Assembly: GCF_009914755.1 (NCBI RefSeq)
Contig: NC_060935.1
Source of the DNA: the human T2T-CHM13v2.0 reference genome, Homo sapiens
Length of the DNA: 64,000 nucleotides
Reading direction: 5' to 3' (one strand)
Shown: in pieces, positions 38,372-55,139 of the stretch
Layout: the number at the start of each line of letters is the position of its first letter
Numbering within the stretch: the stretch's first letter is position 1
The notes under the pieces: generated by a model
The model's input: only the letters and a program-made list of their open reading frames with translations
Databases searched by the model: none
What the model was told of the DNA's origin: nothing
Program-made: the position numbers and the translations under genes

Positions 38372-38737
38372 TCAGAAACTTGGAAAAGCATTTTGACTTT
38401 TTATTGAGCTAACTGCTGTCAGCCTCCTGTTTATCCATCTTTGATTTCTTTGGATTGTATAGCTTGAGTTCCCCCTTGTTGGCTGCCTGTGTGGAGGCTG
38501 AGTTCTGTTAATTATCTCCATAACTGTTTGGGTCAATCTTCCCTGGCTGCCCCTCTGATCATGCCATTCATTATTGTAATTGCATATACCCACCTTTTAA
38601 TAGCTAAGCTCTTCCACTTGGCCTCTGCTTTAGGGTCCTAAAACCCTGTGGCTGTTAATCACCTCTATTCTGTAATGATGCCTCCTGATAGCAGCCCTGG
38701 CCTAGAGAGAAAAGCCACTACTGATCTTGTTGGTGAT

Positions 38738-39090
38738 TGTCTTAATCCATTTGTGCTGCTACAAAAAAATACCTAAGACTGGATAATTTATAAAAAACAG
38801 ACATTTATTTCTCACAGTTCTGGAGGCTGGGAAGTCCAAGATCAAGCTGCCAACAGATTTGGTGTCTGGTGAGGCTGCACACTCCAGAGGGGCAGAACGC
38901 TGTGACCTCACATGGCAGAACTGAAGAGCAACCTAAGGTAACGCTGTGTGAAGCCTCTTTCATTAGAGACTTAATCCCATTCATGAGGGAGGAGCCCTCA
39001 TGGCCTAATCACCTCTTAAAGGCCTCACTGCTTAACACTGCCACATTGGCAACACTAGAACTCTGGAGGGGACACATTCAAACCATGGCA
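38738..39090 (-). mobile_element. MaLR solo LTR (MST-type) inserted in ERV-L gag
   Basis: TGTCTTAATCCATTTGTGCTGCT...CATTCAAACCATGGCA; TSD GTGAT/GCGAT. Confidence 0.87.
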
Positions 39091-39256
39091 GCGATACTGG
39101 CACCACTCTCATCAGCACATTCTTTGTTGCTTTGGAAATTGATATATTTATTGGGTAAAAGGCCCTGCCATGGAACATAGTCCTCTGATGGTTTTTTTTT
39201 TTTTTTTTTTTTTTTTTTCTGGCCTTATATCATTACTTGCAGGCTCATTTCTCTGA

Positions 39257-39568
<312 letters not shown>

Positions 39569-40549
39569 TGAGCCTTTTAATACCTTCTGCTTTCCAGCAT
39601 GTCCACCTCACTTAGTGCGGGCTTTCACTTTTCCCTGCTTCTAGGACCCATCCTAGCAGCCTGTCTGCAACACTTCTGGGGGTCTTTTCCAGGTATTAAA
39701 TGCTATATTCTGCTCTGAGTTGATAAACTCTAACTTTCCCTTATCCACTATCCTTTCCCTTATCCTTTCATGTTTCACTCTCCTTAGTCTAATTCCACGC
39801 ATAGTCTCCTGGCTACTGCCAGTACTTGCTGGCTGGGACCTGCAGCCTCTTTGTATCAGTTCCTTTCCTTCCTTATCAGACCCGGCATGACCCCATCTGG
39901 GTTATATTGTGACTTAACCTAGTTATTAGCCTTGGGGCCAGCAGGTTCTGTGGGGACTGATCTTGTGGTGGGACAGGGTATTTTGCAGTATGTAAAAATC
40001 CCTATTAATTGCCATATGATTGAGCCAAGATCTATCTTCCAGAGAAAACTGAAGTTTTAAACTATAAGCAGTGTATATAATTAAAGTTCCCTGTCCTAAG
40101 ACTGTTTTGTGCACTGATGACATTTTTTTCCTTTTTTAAACCTAAAGGCAATGGAAGACTTTTCTTTCAAGTAGTTGCCTCTGCTTTTACCTGTTTCTAC
40201 CTGATTTTCATTTCCCATGTCATCAGCCATTTGTTCTCACAGTAGGAATGTTGCATGTATGAATGTTTCCTGTCATCATATACTTTTTATTATTTACGAG
40301 AAATGGATAGCTTGTGGACTTATTGGCAGGCAAGGAAAACATTGTGAAAGTTGATCTCTGTTGCTACTAACTAGCAAATTGGTAGTAATCACTTAATAGG
40401 AGTGGAAAAGTACAAATTGTATTTGATGCAGCAAAGTGGTAATTTCTTCAGATACACAACATCACTTGTTTGTCCTTATTGTGAAGTTAACTGAGACTGG
40501 CACCCACATTGCTTTAAGCCCTGGCTCACCATACCACATCCCTCAGCAC

Positions 40550-40706
40550 AGCCAGTTCCAAACTACAAATGGGCTATGTTCCAAAAACGTGGTTGAAAAT
40601 CAGTTTAAGACTCAAATCACTTTTTCCATGGAAACGATGTAATAAGTAAAAGTCCAGTCAACTGGCTGGTTCCCCCAAAGTCTATTTAGCACACAACATG
40701 GCTGAA
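40550..40706. mobile_element. Ancient Tigger-family fragment
   Basis: TATGTTCCAAAA..TTTTCCATGGAAACGATGT..GGTTCC; a similar reverse-oriented block flanks the Alu at 9480-10110. Confidence 0.45.
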
Positions 40707-41400
40707 ATTGAGCTGGCGGGAGTAGTATTCTACATGGCCTCCTCCTCTGCCTGCACCCCTAATCTCATCTGCTCTCCACGCAGCAGCTGCCAGTGATTTT
40801 TCTAAAGTATAAGCCTCATCATATGACTCAGTGCTTAAAATGCATCCCAGAGCCCTACATCAAATCAATTCTCAATTCTATGCCCTGAACACTTCTCTAA
40901 TCTTAATGTTTTTCTCCATTCCCATTGCTGTGATCTTAACATAGGCTGTGATCTATTCTTACCTAGACTATGAGAATAGTCTCCTAACAGTTCTCCCTAT
41001 GTCTAATCACATCACCTTCCAATGTGTCCATCATGCTGCTGCCAAACTCTGGAACTTGTCAGGCATGACCTCTCCGTCCTGTCACAACCCACTTTTAGAG
41101 CCTCATTTGCTTCCACACCGACTCACATACTTCGGCACATTGTGTTTTCTTTACTTGGTATTTCCTGAGAAATTCCTGATCAAAGCCATGTGTCAGCTTC
41201 TCTGGGAAGTCTTTCCCTACAGCCAGAAAGAGGAAGTCACTCATTCCCCACTGCTTCCACAGCACTGTCAATATTGCCCACCATGTGCTAGGTGCGACGG
41301 ATAATCAATGGGAATATCAAGGAGACAAATTCCCACCGCCTGCTCTCAAGGAGCTCACCATAGACAGAAAAAGAAATCGCTAATTAGAAACCATTGTGAG

Positions 41401-42101
<701 letters not shown>

Positions 42102-42341
42102 TTACTTACCTAAGGGACCCGGCAGTCATTAAAGAGGTGGTGGTGATTTGAGTTGACTTGTGAAGGATGACCAGAGCTTCATGGAGTATTCCAAGGGAAA
42201 GGGCCTTACAAGTAGAGAGAGGAGTAGTCAGCTCTCCACATCCATGAGTTATGCATCTGTGGATTCAACCACTTGCATATGGAAAATATTTGGAAAAAAA
42301 ATCATATCTGTACTGAACATGTACAGACTTTTTTCTCATTC

Positions 42342-42609
42342 TTTTTTTTTTTTTTGACAGAGTCTTGGTCTGTTGCCCAGGCTGGAGTGCAGTTTGCCTC
42401 CTGGGTTCAAGCAATTCTCCTGCCTCAGCTTCCCGAGTAGGTGGGATTATAGGTATGTGCTACCATGCCTGGCTAATTTTTGTATTTCTAGTAGAGACGG
42501 GGTTTCACCATGTTGGCCAGGCTGGTCTCGAACTCCTGACCTCAAGTGATTCACCTGCCTTGGCCTCCGAAAGTGCTGGGTTTACTGGCGTGAGCCACTG
42601 CGCCTGGCC
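42342..42609 (-). mobile_element. AluS with deletions, inside MER2
   Basis: Dimer with gaps. Confidence 0.88.
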
Positions 42610-42716
42610 TTTCTTTTTATTATTTTTTAAACAATAGTATAGCAGCAATTTACATAGTATTTAAATTGTAGTATGTATTATAAGTAATCTAGAAATGGTT
42701 TAAAGTATACAAGAGA

Positions 42717-42932
42717 GGCCAGGCATGGTGGCTCACGCCTGTAATCTCAGCACTTTGGGAGGCTGAGGCAAGCAGTCGTGGTGACGCACACCTGCAGTCA
42801 CAGCTACTTGGGAGGCTGAGGCACGAGAATCACTTGAACCCAGGAGCAGAGGTTGCAGTGAGCTGAGATCATGCCACTGCACTCCAGCCTGCGTGACAGA
42901 GTGAGACCCTGTCTCAAAAACAAACAAACAAA
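42717..42932 (+). mobile_element. Alu with about 80-bp internal deletion, inside MER2
   Basis: TSD AAAGTAT(A/G)CAAGAG. Confidence 0.88.
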
Positions 42933-45482
42933 AGTATGCAAGAGGATGTATGTAGGTTATATGCAAATATTACACCATTTTATATCAGGGACTTGAGCAT
43001 CCTTGGATTTTGGTATCTGCAGAGGGTCCTGAAACCCCGATGGATACCAAGAGACAACTGTATTTGCAAAGGCATAAAGGCTTGGGAAGGTTTGGCATAT
43101 TTGGAGAATTAAAAATAATTTTGTATGGCTGTAGGACAAGGTGTGTATGATAAAGCAGTGGGAACCAGGCAAAGAAGATCCCTTAAAGCCCTTACCAGCC
43201 AAGGTATGAAGTTTCCATTTTATTTTATACAAACGTCTATTACAGAGTTAAGGATTCCAGGTCATTCCATCTTCATATCACCTCTGATACCTAACATCAT
43301 GCCTGGAACACAGTAGGCCTCCTCTTTACACTTTCTAAACTGATTTAAAATAGTTTTTGTCATCTCTAAGTGATAAAATCTGGGGAAATAGAGTTAAAAC
43401 TAAAGTTAAATCTAATACATTTGCAAACAAATTTCTTATTTCCATGTGTTTGCTTTCATTATTTTAATACCCAAACAAACCCAGATATACAAGAAAATGA
43501 GCTATTACTTTTTCACTTTAATTTTATGTTTCTCCATGGTGTAAACATTTTAAAAATCAACTTCATATACTTTTCCAATTTAAAAAAAGCTTATGTTTTG
43601 TTAATAAAGAAAATAGAAGCCTAAATATTGAAGGTAAAAAGTGATTTCCTCATTAATTTACATTCCCTCTGAGATTTATTGCACAGTAAATTAGTTAATT
43701 GCAAACCTTCTAACAATGTTTTACTCCATTATAGATTACTTTGGAAAAACAAATTTGATTTTTCCCTCTTGAACAATGAGTGGTTTATTTTAAAGTAGGT
43801 GAAAGGTAATGTGAAGGAAAAAAAACCCCAGCTTCACAGATGTATAGTTTAAAGTTTGCCAAGTACTTAGCGAAGGGTTACACTAACTTCAAACGGTTGG
43901 AAAGTATAATGTAATGTGAGAACTCGAAGGTCTTGTTTCTCTTTCAGCTCCCATTCTCACTCAGTCCCCTGCAAACCATCGGCATAAAGAGCAAAGTTTC
44001 AGAGATCACATCCTCTAGTGGAGAGCAAATGAACAAAAGGGGAAAGAGAGACGCGATGAATTGCACGTGCGCTATTATATTTGCAAGCGGGTTACATTGT
44101 CCTTGGATAAGAATTTTATATTCCCCGTGAGTCGGAGACTCTGTGCTCTGAATTATGTTGCTCAATTCAAGCGATGATCCAAGGCCAATGACAGTATACC
44201 AAGCTATCATTTCTTGGCAGGTCGAATAGTCATGTGTATATTTTATGTTCCTTATAAAAGTTAGGCAATATAAATATTGGTGATATGAAAGTTGATATTT
44301 TACATAAATTGTCAATTGCTAGTCAAACACGTCAAGGTTTTTTCTTTATGTGGTGGGGCTTTAAAATCTCAGCAGGGAGTTCTTTGAGTTTGAAGTGTCT
44401 CCCCTAAGCTTTCCATTTCAGACACTGTTTTTTTCCAAAACAGGTCTCAGTGTGTTGGTGTTTCCAAAGTGCAGATGATTCCTGTTCTTATTTTGTGGCT
44501 GTTCTTGCAGAATGCTATCAGCCCCAGATCTAGGGTAGAGGACAGGCTTGATTGGAGCCTTTGCCTGTTACAATGCATGATTCCACCACAGGCCAGCTGT
44601 GACCATTCCGCCCAGTGACAGCGTGGTTGTCTTTCCTCATAGGTGAAGGAGGTGACTTCTTATGGGACATGATTTCTGAAGCAGAAGTTTACCTGAGGTT
44701 CCTGGAAGAAATGTTTTCCCCACCTGTTGGCTCCCTGAGTATTAACATGCCAGATGCAAAGCTTCATTCATTCTATTAAAATGCAAATGAGCCCAACAGT
44801 GTAGTAAAACAGTTTGCTGCTAGAAGTTATTTACAATATACTAAGAGTAACGCTCTTATTCACCCTAAGCACAGGTTTTAATAAAAAGTGGAAGGGATCG
44901 CAAGGGTATTGAGATCTCAGCAAGAGAAGGAAAGGGAAAAGGTTGTTTAAAAACAACATTAATAGAAGACATACCGTATAGAGAGAAAAACGCAGACTGT
45001 GCATGTTCAAGATAACTTTCATTACAATTTTGCCTAAGCCAGGGTGAATGCAAATGTTTCAGTTTTAACAGACTGGATCATTCATTCAAAAAGCATTTAT
45101 TGAGTGCCTTCTCAAAAAAGAATGATAATTAGATTTTTTAAGTTATAAAGAAAATATAAAACCAAAACTGGAGAAATATACGCCAACATTTTTCCAATGG
45201 TTCCGTTGTCAAAGTAGAATTAGAATGTAAGTGCAGAGTTAAATTCCATTGTCTATCAAGAAGTAATTGTAAAGGAGCTATGTCTAAAAATGTATCTTTT
45301 CAGTGATTTTTGTTCTGAACAATCTTCTGCCTCAAATACATTTTGGATCTATGATTTGCAACCACTTTTTTTTGGTGGGTCAAGATACCAGCACTGTAAC
45401 TTTAAGAAGTTCATCATTAGCATGCATTTAAAAAAATGTACCAAGTTAAGAAAAAAATTGAATAAATGTACATCTGTCTAAA

Positions 45483-46112
<630 letters not shown>

Positions 46113-46658
46113 AACAAATCAACAAATCCTGAAACCCTTCTTCCTAGCATTCCCTATCTACATTTTCTGCATTATTTAGCTTTATAGTATTTATCATTAA
46201 CACAGCCTACATTTTACATATTTTTAAAAAATTGTATATCATTCCTTATTAGAATATTAATTAAATCCCAGGGATTTTTGTCTTTGTTTACTGTTGTATG
46301 CTGGAACCTAGAAGAGCATATGACTCCTATATATTGTAGTCGGTACTTGTTTGTTGTGTGTGTTAGTGGCTGAGCCAGGGCTTGTTGCAGACCTGCTTCC
46401 ATGGTCAGGGAAACTGGCAAGGTAATGGAATGAATGTGAGACTTTAACATCATATGTGTTTGGGTTCAGATTCTAATCCCAGCCTTTAGTAACTGTTGCA
46501 ATTTGGAGTAGATTTCACCCAGATATCGGTGATATAAACAAGGAAAATGTTTATTCTTATTATTCTTTTGTGATAAAGAGGTCCAGCATTGATAGAGCAA
46601 CTCCACAGTCATCAGGGACCCAAGCTTGTTCCACACCCCTTAGTATATGGTTTCCAAT

Positions 46659-47240
46659 GGCCAGGCATGGTGGCTCACGCCTGTAATCCCAGCAGTGGGA
46701 GGCTGAGGCTAGAGGATTGCTTGAGCCTGGGAGTTCAGGACCAGCCTGGACAACATAGCAAGACCCCATCTCTACAAAATTAAAAAGAAAATTAGGCCGG
46801 GCACATTGGCTCACACCTGTAATCCCAGCACTTTGGGAGGCTGAGGCAGGTGGATCACCTGAGGTCAGGAGTTCGAGACCAGCCTGGCCAACATGGTGAA
46901 AACCTGTCTCTACTGAAAATATGAAAAATTAGCTGGGCTTGGTGACGGGCACCTGTAATCCCAGCTACTTGGGAGGCTGAGGCAGAATAACCGTTTGAAC
47001 CTGGGAGGCGGAGGTTGCAGTGAGCCGAGATCGCGCCATTGCTCAAGAGTGAAACTCCGTCTCAAAAAAAAAAAAAGAAAAAAAGTAGCCAGTAGTGATG
47101 ACGCAAGCCTGTAGTCCTAGGTACTCGGAAGGCTCAGGTGGGGGATTGCCTGAGCCCAGGTGGTCAAAGCTGCAGTGAGCTGTGATCATGCCACTGCACT
47201 CCAGCCTGGATGACAGTGAGACCTTGTATGAAAAAAAAAT
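46659..47240 (+). mobile_element. AluJ split by nested AluS (46795-47084)
   Basis: Outer TSD ATATGGTTTCCA. Confidence 0.9.
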
Positions 47241-47551
47241 AGAATATGGTTTCCATTCTCAAGTTTTTTCCTGACTATGGGAGCTCAGTCATGATGTCTG
47301 TGTTGGGGTGGGAGAAAAAACTCAGTTTCCTCTATTTAGTCTTCCCAGTGACTTCTGCTTCTCTCTCAGTGACTATGAGTAGGCTGAAAAATGTAGTAAT
47401 TAGGGTGAGCATATTGCCAACCCAAATAAAACTTTTCTCTGTTGGTAAGAAAAAAGGAAAGGGTGGCTATTAATAGGTAGATGACTAGTAGGCACTGACA
47501 TAGTAGCTGCCTAACTTGGGCAAATTACTTAATGATATCTACCTTGTGGAT

Positions 47552-47984
47552 TGTATTAGATTTCCAGGGCTGCCATGGCAAATTACTACAAATTGCGTAG
47601 TTTAAAATAATAGAAATTTATTCTCTCACAGTTTAGGAGGCCAGAAATCCAAAATCAAGGAATCAGCTTGGTTGCTTCCTTGCCAGAGGCTCTGAGAGAG
47701 AAACCACTCCAGGCCTCTCTGGGTCTCTAGGGGTTTCTGGCAGTCCTTGACCTTCCTTAGCTCATAGGCCCTTCACTCCAATCTGCCTCATCTTCTCTGT
47801 GTCTCTGTGTGTTCTTCTGTCTCTTATAGTGACAATTTCCTTGGAGTTGAGGCCCACCCCCCTCCAGTATGATCTCTCCATTCTTACCTTAATCGCATCT
47901 GCAATAACCCTATTTCCAAACACAGTCACATGCTGCGATTCCAGGTAGACGTGACTTTCTGTGGGATACTATTCAGCGTACTAC
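47552..47984 (-). mobile_element. MaLR LTR, MLT1B/C-type
   Basis: TGTATTAG..AGGGCTGCC..AAATTTATTCTCTCACAG..CCCTATTTCCAAA..CTACA. Confidence 0.8.
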
Positions 47985-48836
47985 ATAGAGTTATTATGAT
48001 AATCAAAGATTCTGGGTATAAAGTGCTGGCATAGTCTGTCATATGAGGAAAATAGATCTTTTTTTACTCAGAAATCAGTATGAAACTACATGTAAATCAC
48101 AAAACTCTTTTTGGAAGTTATAGCATGAAATGGGGATACCTTTTTCTGCCTTTTTATACTTGTTTATATGTAGCTTCTTGCACATATCATAGGCATTTAG
48201 TTCCATTAACTGAGTGAAGCCTGAGGATTACCTTTGGAGAAAAGTAGGTGTTGGACTTAAGCAACATCATTCATCTGTACCGTGAGGAGGAATGTTAGGA
48301 AAATGAGTCAAAGTGCATGTGGCAGGTGCATTTTGGGTTGCACGCCCTGCTCAGAGTCATTCCTCCCTTTCTAGGAACTGCCAGCAGCTGGGATACTCCT
48401 AGCAGACTGCCCAGAGGCCATAGGTGATTGGTCTATGGATGAATCCTCATCCTGGCCTATCAGATCAATTTTTTTAAAAGAGACTGGAATTTTGAACTAC
48501 AGATGTAAATAGGGGGTTACGGGGCCTAAGGCTATTTGATGCAGCCTCCTGTTTCTGCTTCCTGCTTACTCCAAGGGAAACCTACATCCTTCTGATTAAT
48601 TTGTGCTTCGGGGTTTGCTGAAGCTGGCACAGGTCATTTTCTGCAACTCAGAGAGCCTTAATTTGTAAAATACTGAAGTTACAGGATAGTAAACCCAACA
48701 CACAAAGAATAGTAAACAGATATATCTACTTTCATATGTTTTCTATTTAATTTTTTTGATCTTGAAATCGTTGACTAATGGCACAAACCTGATTTTAAAG
48801 CAACCTTTCATTTTATGGATAAACATTAGCACATTA

Positions 48837-49187
<351 letters not shown>

Positions 49188-49814
49188 CTAAGAGGGTCAG
49201 TGGACCTTTAAATAGCAAGACTTGGGCTGTTCTGAACTCCAGGAATATGGAGCTAAATAGCCAGAAAGATGCCAATGAAGCTGGCACAGCCGTTAGGATT
49301 TCTATTCAGTTCTGCATGTTCCTTTACTATCTATTATTTGGCTTGAAAAATCTAAGGCCCAGACTATAAGAAAGACAAAACAGAATGGAAGCTAAGATGG
49401 CCAGTTTTTATAGTAAAAAATCTATTCCAAGGGGATTGGGTTGACACTTTCTCTATTTGCAAATAGAGAAAAGTAAATTAAAGAAGAAAAAGCCACACAA
49501 GGTATTTTTTTTCTGAACACATGTATTTAAAATATTTGTCACTGCATTTTGACTTATTCAAATTGTTTAATATGATATTTGTTGGTTGTATTTTTAGTAA
49601 AATAGAATTAAAGGCAGTTTGTATTTTGGCAACCTATTTTGTTCTGGTATCTTGGAGAGTGGAGTGAGGGGAAGACGATCTGAGAAAATTCTGGCATGGG
49701 GAGAGATGAGGAATGGGAGTTCTTTTTCACCTTCTAATGTTCTTGAGAATGCATCTCTTGGGGCTCAGGAAACAATACCCCAAATATGGCACTTTGGCCT
49801 CCTGAGTACTTTGA

Positions 49815-49994
<180 letters not shown>

Positions 49995-50055
49995 TGAGTA
50001 GTTTGAACTAAAGGAGATTGGAAAGCCTCAGAGGCAGTTTAAGGAGCAAAGTCTC

Positions 50056-50429
<374 letters not shown>

Positions 50430-50788
50430 TCATAGAACCATAATTCCTCTTCCCAACTTTGGGTCATAGAAATTAGAATCCCTCTCCCTGCAAAGTGAGC
50501 CATAACATCTAGAAAGGTTACTCTCTCCCTTCTCCCTTGAACACCCTCATTCAGGAGGGGTGCTGCCTCATACCAGAGAGGAAAGAATGCTGCACAGAGA
50601 GGCCAAGAAGAATCTGAACGGACAGGACTTGCTGGGTTTCGCTCCCCAGTCTCTGACTTTCATCCAATCACATTTCTACGTGGTTGTCCATTCTTCATCA
50701 AACCTAAGAATAAAAATAGAAAGTTTTTTCTGGGTCTTTGGGTCTTCATTTCTGAAGGCTCCTGTGTCATCACAAAATACTTTGATTA

Positions 50789-51878
<1,090 letters not shown>

Positions 51879-52243
51879 CCTGTTTACTTTTTTTCTCTTT
51901 CTTTGAAATGGAATCTATGTTGCCCAGGCTAATTTTGGAACTCCTGGATTCATCTTTTCTACATTAAAAGATAATTTTCACTTAAAAAAGGGAACAAGTA
52001 GCTTTGTGTATTATATTTAATTTTGGCCTCCAAGTTTGAAACATCTGAACTGTCAATTAATGAGGTCTACACTACCGCTATGGGGCTTGGGACTTGTCTG
52101 TCCCTGGTTAGAATGTTTCACTAGGGAAGAGACTTCAGAATCTCTCTTGTTACTGTTAAATAGTAGCGGGCACATAGTAGACATGTTGCAAATATTAAAT
52201 GGATGGCTGGTGGATAAATGGATGGATGAGTTCAAGAGAGTTG

Positions 52244-52257
52244 CCACTAGATGGCAC
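52244..52257 (+). promoter_or_regulatory. CTCF consensus motif
   Basis: CCACTAGATGGCAC fits CCASYAGRKGGCRS at all 14 positions. Confidence 0.6.
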
Positions 52258-53676
52258 TGTTTATTTGGATCTGTGTTGCAAATTTTCACAGGCATCTCAA
52301 CAGTCCAGGGGAAGGTGGTGGCTATTCTTCGGGATCACGTCAGCCACGTATGTCTGAACTCCCCTGATCCTGCCCCGTTATGGCTGCTCCTTCATCCCCC
52401 ACCAGCCCTCGAGGGGGTTGAGAATCATGAAATTTTCTCCTTGGAAATAATCTCAGATATTATCTATTCTATTGCAACTCCCCAAATTTTCAGGCTAACA
52501 AAATGGGGGGCAAGCCGTGAAACACTGCAGTGGGAGTGTAGCTGTCAGCAATTGATTTAGTTCAGATGTCTCAAACTTAGGAGCCAAAAATAACGATAAT
52601 ATGCTGAGCTATGTGTTCATTCAGAAAAAAACAAAAACCAAAAAACAAGAATTTCCTGCAGCGGACTTAACACCTGCATCCTGCGCCCACCATGATCCAG
52701 CCCCTGCAGTTACCATGCCCCTACTCCCCCAACCTCCCCCGACCTCCATCTGTTGTAGCAGACCCAGAAGGTCCTTCCCTAGACTTACATCTAATATTTA
52801 CGTTTCACTCCCCGATAAGCTGTAAGGATCCCTTGCTTTCTGCAAATCGACTAGGTCTGCCATTTTCATCCTTAAACCTGACCTCCTTCTCCATTTGGCC
52901 TCAGGCCCAGCTGACCTGGCCTTGTTTTCCTCATCATAAGTGACAGTTTTTTAAAATCTGAAACATTCTAGTTGCAAATCCCATTACTGCCTCTATAGAA
53001 TCCTGCGGTTTTGATTTTATCTAATCCCAGCATTTAACAGCAACTGGGCAGCTCTGCTATATCCGGGCCTGTGGTAGTCTCATTATCATGCATTTTAGCA
53101 ATTATTCAAAATGCACCTTTTCACATAGAAGAAGAGTAAGTCCAAGTCCAATCTAGCCATAATTCATTCACTCATTCAGTAAGCATTCACTACATGTATA
53201 TTACATAGAACCGGGTTCGGTCATTGTTTATAAAAACAAATAAGGCATTTCCACTCCCCAAAAGTAGACATGCAATCAGATAAAGTACAATCAAGTACAT
53301 TAAATGCTTAGTAGTCTAATGAAAATAAATAGCAGCGTCCTTTATCAGACTGAAATGAAATATTGTTCTGCAATACAGACCGCTGCAACTCTGAGTTTTC
53401 ATCTACAATATAAGAATGATAAACTCTACCTCCCAGGCTAGTATGAAAACTCAAGAGTGAGTGTGGATATATAAACAAAATTTCCTCAGTACAGCTCTTG
53501 GCCTACAACAGGTGTTCAATAAGTACTGTTCCCTTCTCCTTCTCTATAATAAAGGTATAAACAAAATTTTGTGGGAACACAGAGGAGGAAGGTTGTAAGA
53601 GTTTCCTGAAAACTCTGCAATCTGAAGCACAGAAAAAGAAGAAAGTTGTAGGCAGGGGGCAAAGTAAATAGAGAGA

Positions 53677-54053
53677 TGCATCAGCTGGGTCCTCCGGGAA
53701 GCAGATCTGAGACAGAGTTAGTGCAAGAGGCTTAGTGGGAAGTAATGCCACGAAAAATGAAAGAGACTGGAGAGGCGGTGTTGGGTGGAAAAGCTCAGAC
53801 AACGTTGCAGATCTGAGTCTCCACCCACCCAACAGAGAGCTCTGGAGCAATAGTGCCTGTTAGAGGAGTCCTGCATTTTGCAGAAATATCCAGGCCCTGG
53901 TTCCCCTCCAGGAAGAACATGACCTTAGCTAAAAAGTGGCAGATTCTGGAGGTAGTAACAGCAGAGGCTGCCAGCTCACTGCATTCTTGGCAGTTGAGCA
54001 GCAAAATTTTTTCTTGAAAAGAGATCTGAGGGGCACACCTCTGTGTCTGCCAC
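53677..54053 (-). mobile_element. LTR16-family (ERVL) LTR
   Basis: Reverse complement begins TGTGGCAGACACAGAGGTGTGCCCCTCAGATCTC; GGGAAGCAGATCTGAGAC and GAGAGCTCTGGAGCAA blocks. Confidence 0.72.
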
Positions 54054-54483
54054 AGTATTTTGTTCTACCTCCTTCTAAGACTTACAGAGTGCCAGTATGT
54101 CCAGATGCTGTGCCAGGCACTTTTTTCATTTATTCTTGCAACAGCTCTTTCAGATGGATAAGATCCCCACGTTTCAGATAGGCAAAGTGTGTTTCAGTCC
54201 ATGCTCTTCCCCAGTGGCCTGCTTAAAACAACGTCAGTGGTGGTGGTTGTCTGAACCAGCAGAAGTTACTCCAGGGAGTGAACCTAACACAAGATTTGGA
54301 TGCAGGGAGACACAAGCTGAAGGTAAACTGGAACTGACAGGTTCTAGTCAAAATAGTAGTGACCCTGATGGTTCAATACTCTTGAAAGAGAACTTTCAAA
54401 GATAATAATACATGGTTCAATTACCTATGGTGTAATTGGGATCACGTATTTCCCTTACTTGGAATTTTCCATGGCTTTCCATT

Positions 54484-54854
54484 TGTCTTAGTCACATCAG
54501 GCTGCTCTAACAAATTGCCATAGGCTCAGTGGCTTAAACAACAAACACCTGTTTCTCACAGCTTTGCAGGCCAGGAAGTCCAAGATGGAGGCACTGGCAG
54601 GTGTGGAACTTGGTGAGGGCCAGCTTCCTGGTTTACAGATATCTATCTGATTTGTATCCTCACATGGCAGAAAGCAGGGAGAGAGGAAGCAAACTCTCTC
54701 CTGTATTTTCTTATAAGGCCACTAATTCCCATTCATGAGGGCTCTACCCTCAAGACCTAATCACCTCCCAAAGGCCCCACCTCCTGATACCATCACAGTG
54801 GTGGTTAGGCCTTCAACATATGAATTTTGGGGAGCATAACTTTCCTCTATAACA
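54484..54854 (-). mobile_element. MaLR LTR, MLT1A-type
   Basis: TGTCTTAGTC..CATGAGGGCTCTACCCTCAAGACCTAATCACCTCCCAAAGG..TAACA; TSD CCATT/CCATC. Confidence 0.85.
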
Positions 54855-54931
54855 CCATCAGACTCAGAATAAAGTGCCTTATCATGGCCTTCAAGGCTCT
54901 GCTTGTCCTGGCCTTGCCTGAGCCTCTAACC

Positions 54932-55139
54932 CAGTGCTTCTCTTGCCCCCCGGGGGACATTTGGCAATGTCTGGGGCCTTTTTTGGTAGTCACAGCTTGG
55001 GATGGAGCAAAGGAAGGTGTTACTGGCATCTAGCGATACAGGCCAGGGATGCTGCTTAACATCCTACAATGCACGGGACAGCCCTCGACAAATAATCGTC
55101 CAGCCCAAAATATCAGCAGTGCCAAGGCTGAGAAGCCCA
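54932..55139. mobile_element. MER20 hAT-Charlie MITE
   Basis: GGGGACATTTGGCAATGTCTGG..GGCCAGGGATGCTGCT..CAGCCCAAAAT..GTGCCAAGGCTGAGAA. Confidence 0.85.

Larger units (their letters stand above)
42224..43062. mobile_element. MER2 (TcMar-Tigger) DNA transposon split by two Alus
   Basis: GCATCTGTGGATTCAACC..CTGTACTGAACATGTACAGAC..GGTTATATGCAAATA..GGACTTGAGCATCC..GGATACC..ACAACTGTA. Confidence 0.85.

Noticed and set aside
52036-52560. 174-aa ORF
   Set aside because: Non-ATG start, crosses L2-like debris and a GGAT repeat, no recognisable domain
53677-54053. LTR16 as the 5' LTR of the ERV3-16A3-like remnant at 37.5-40 kb
   Set aside because: Same strand and plausible family, but about 13.7 kb away with L2 fragments and unique DNA between; more likely an independent solo LTR
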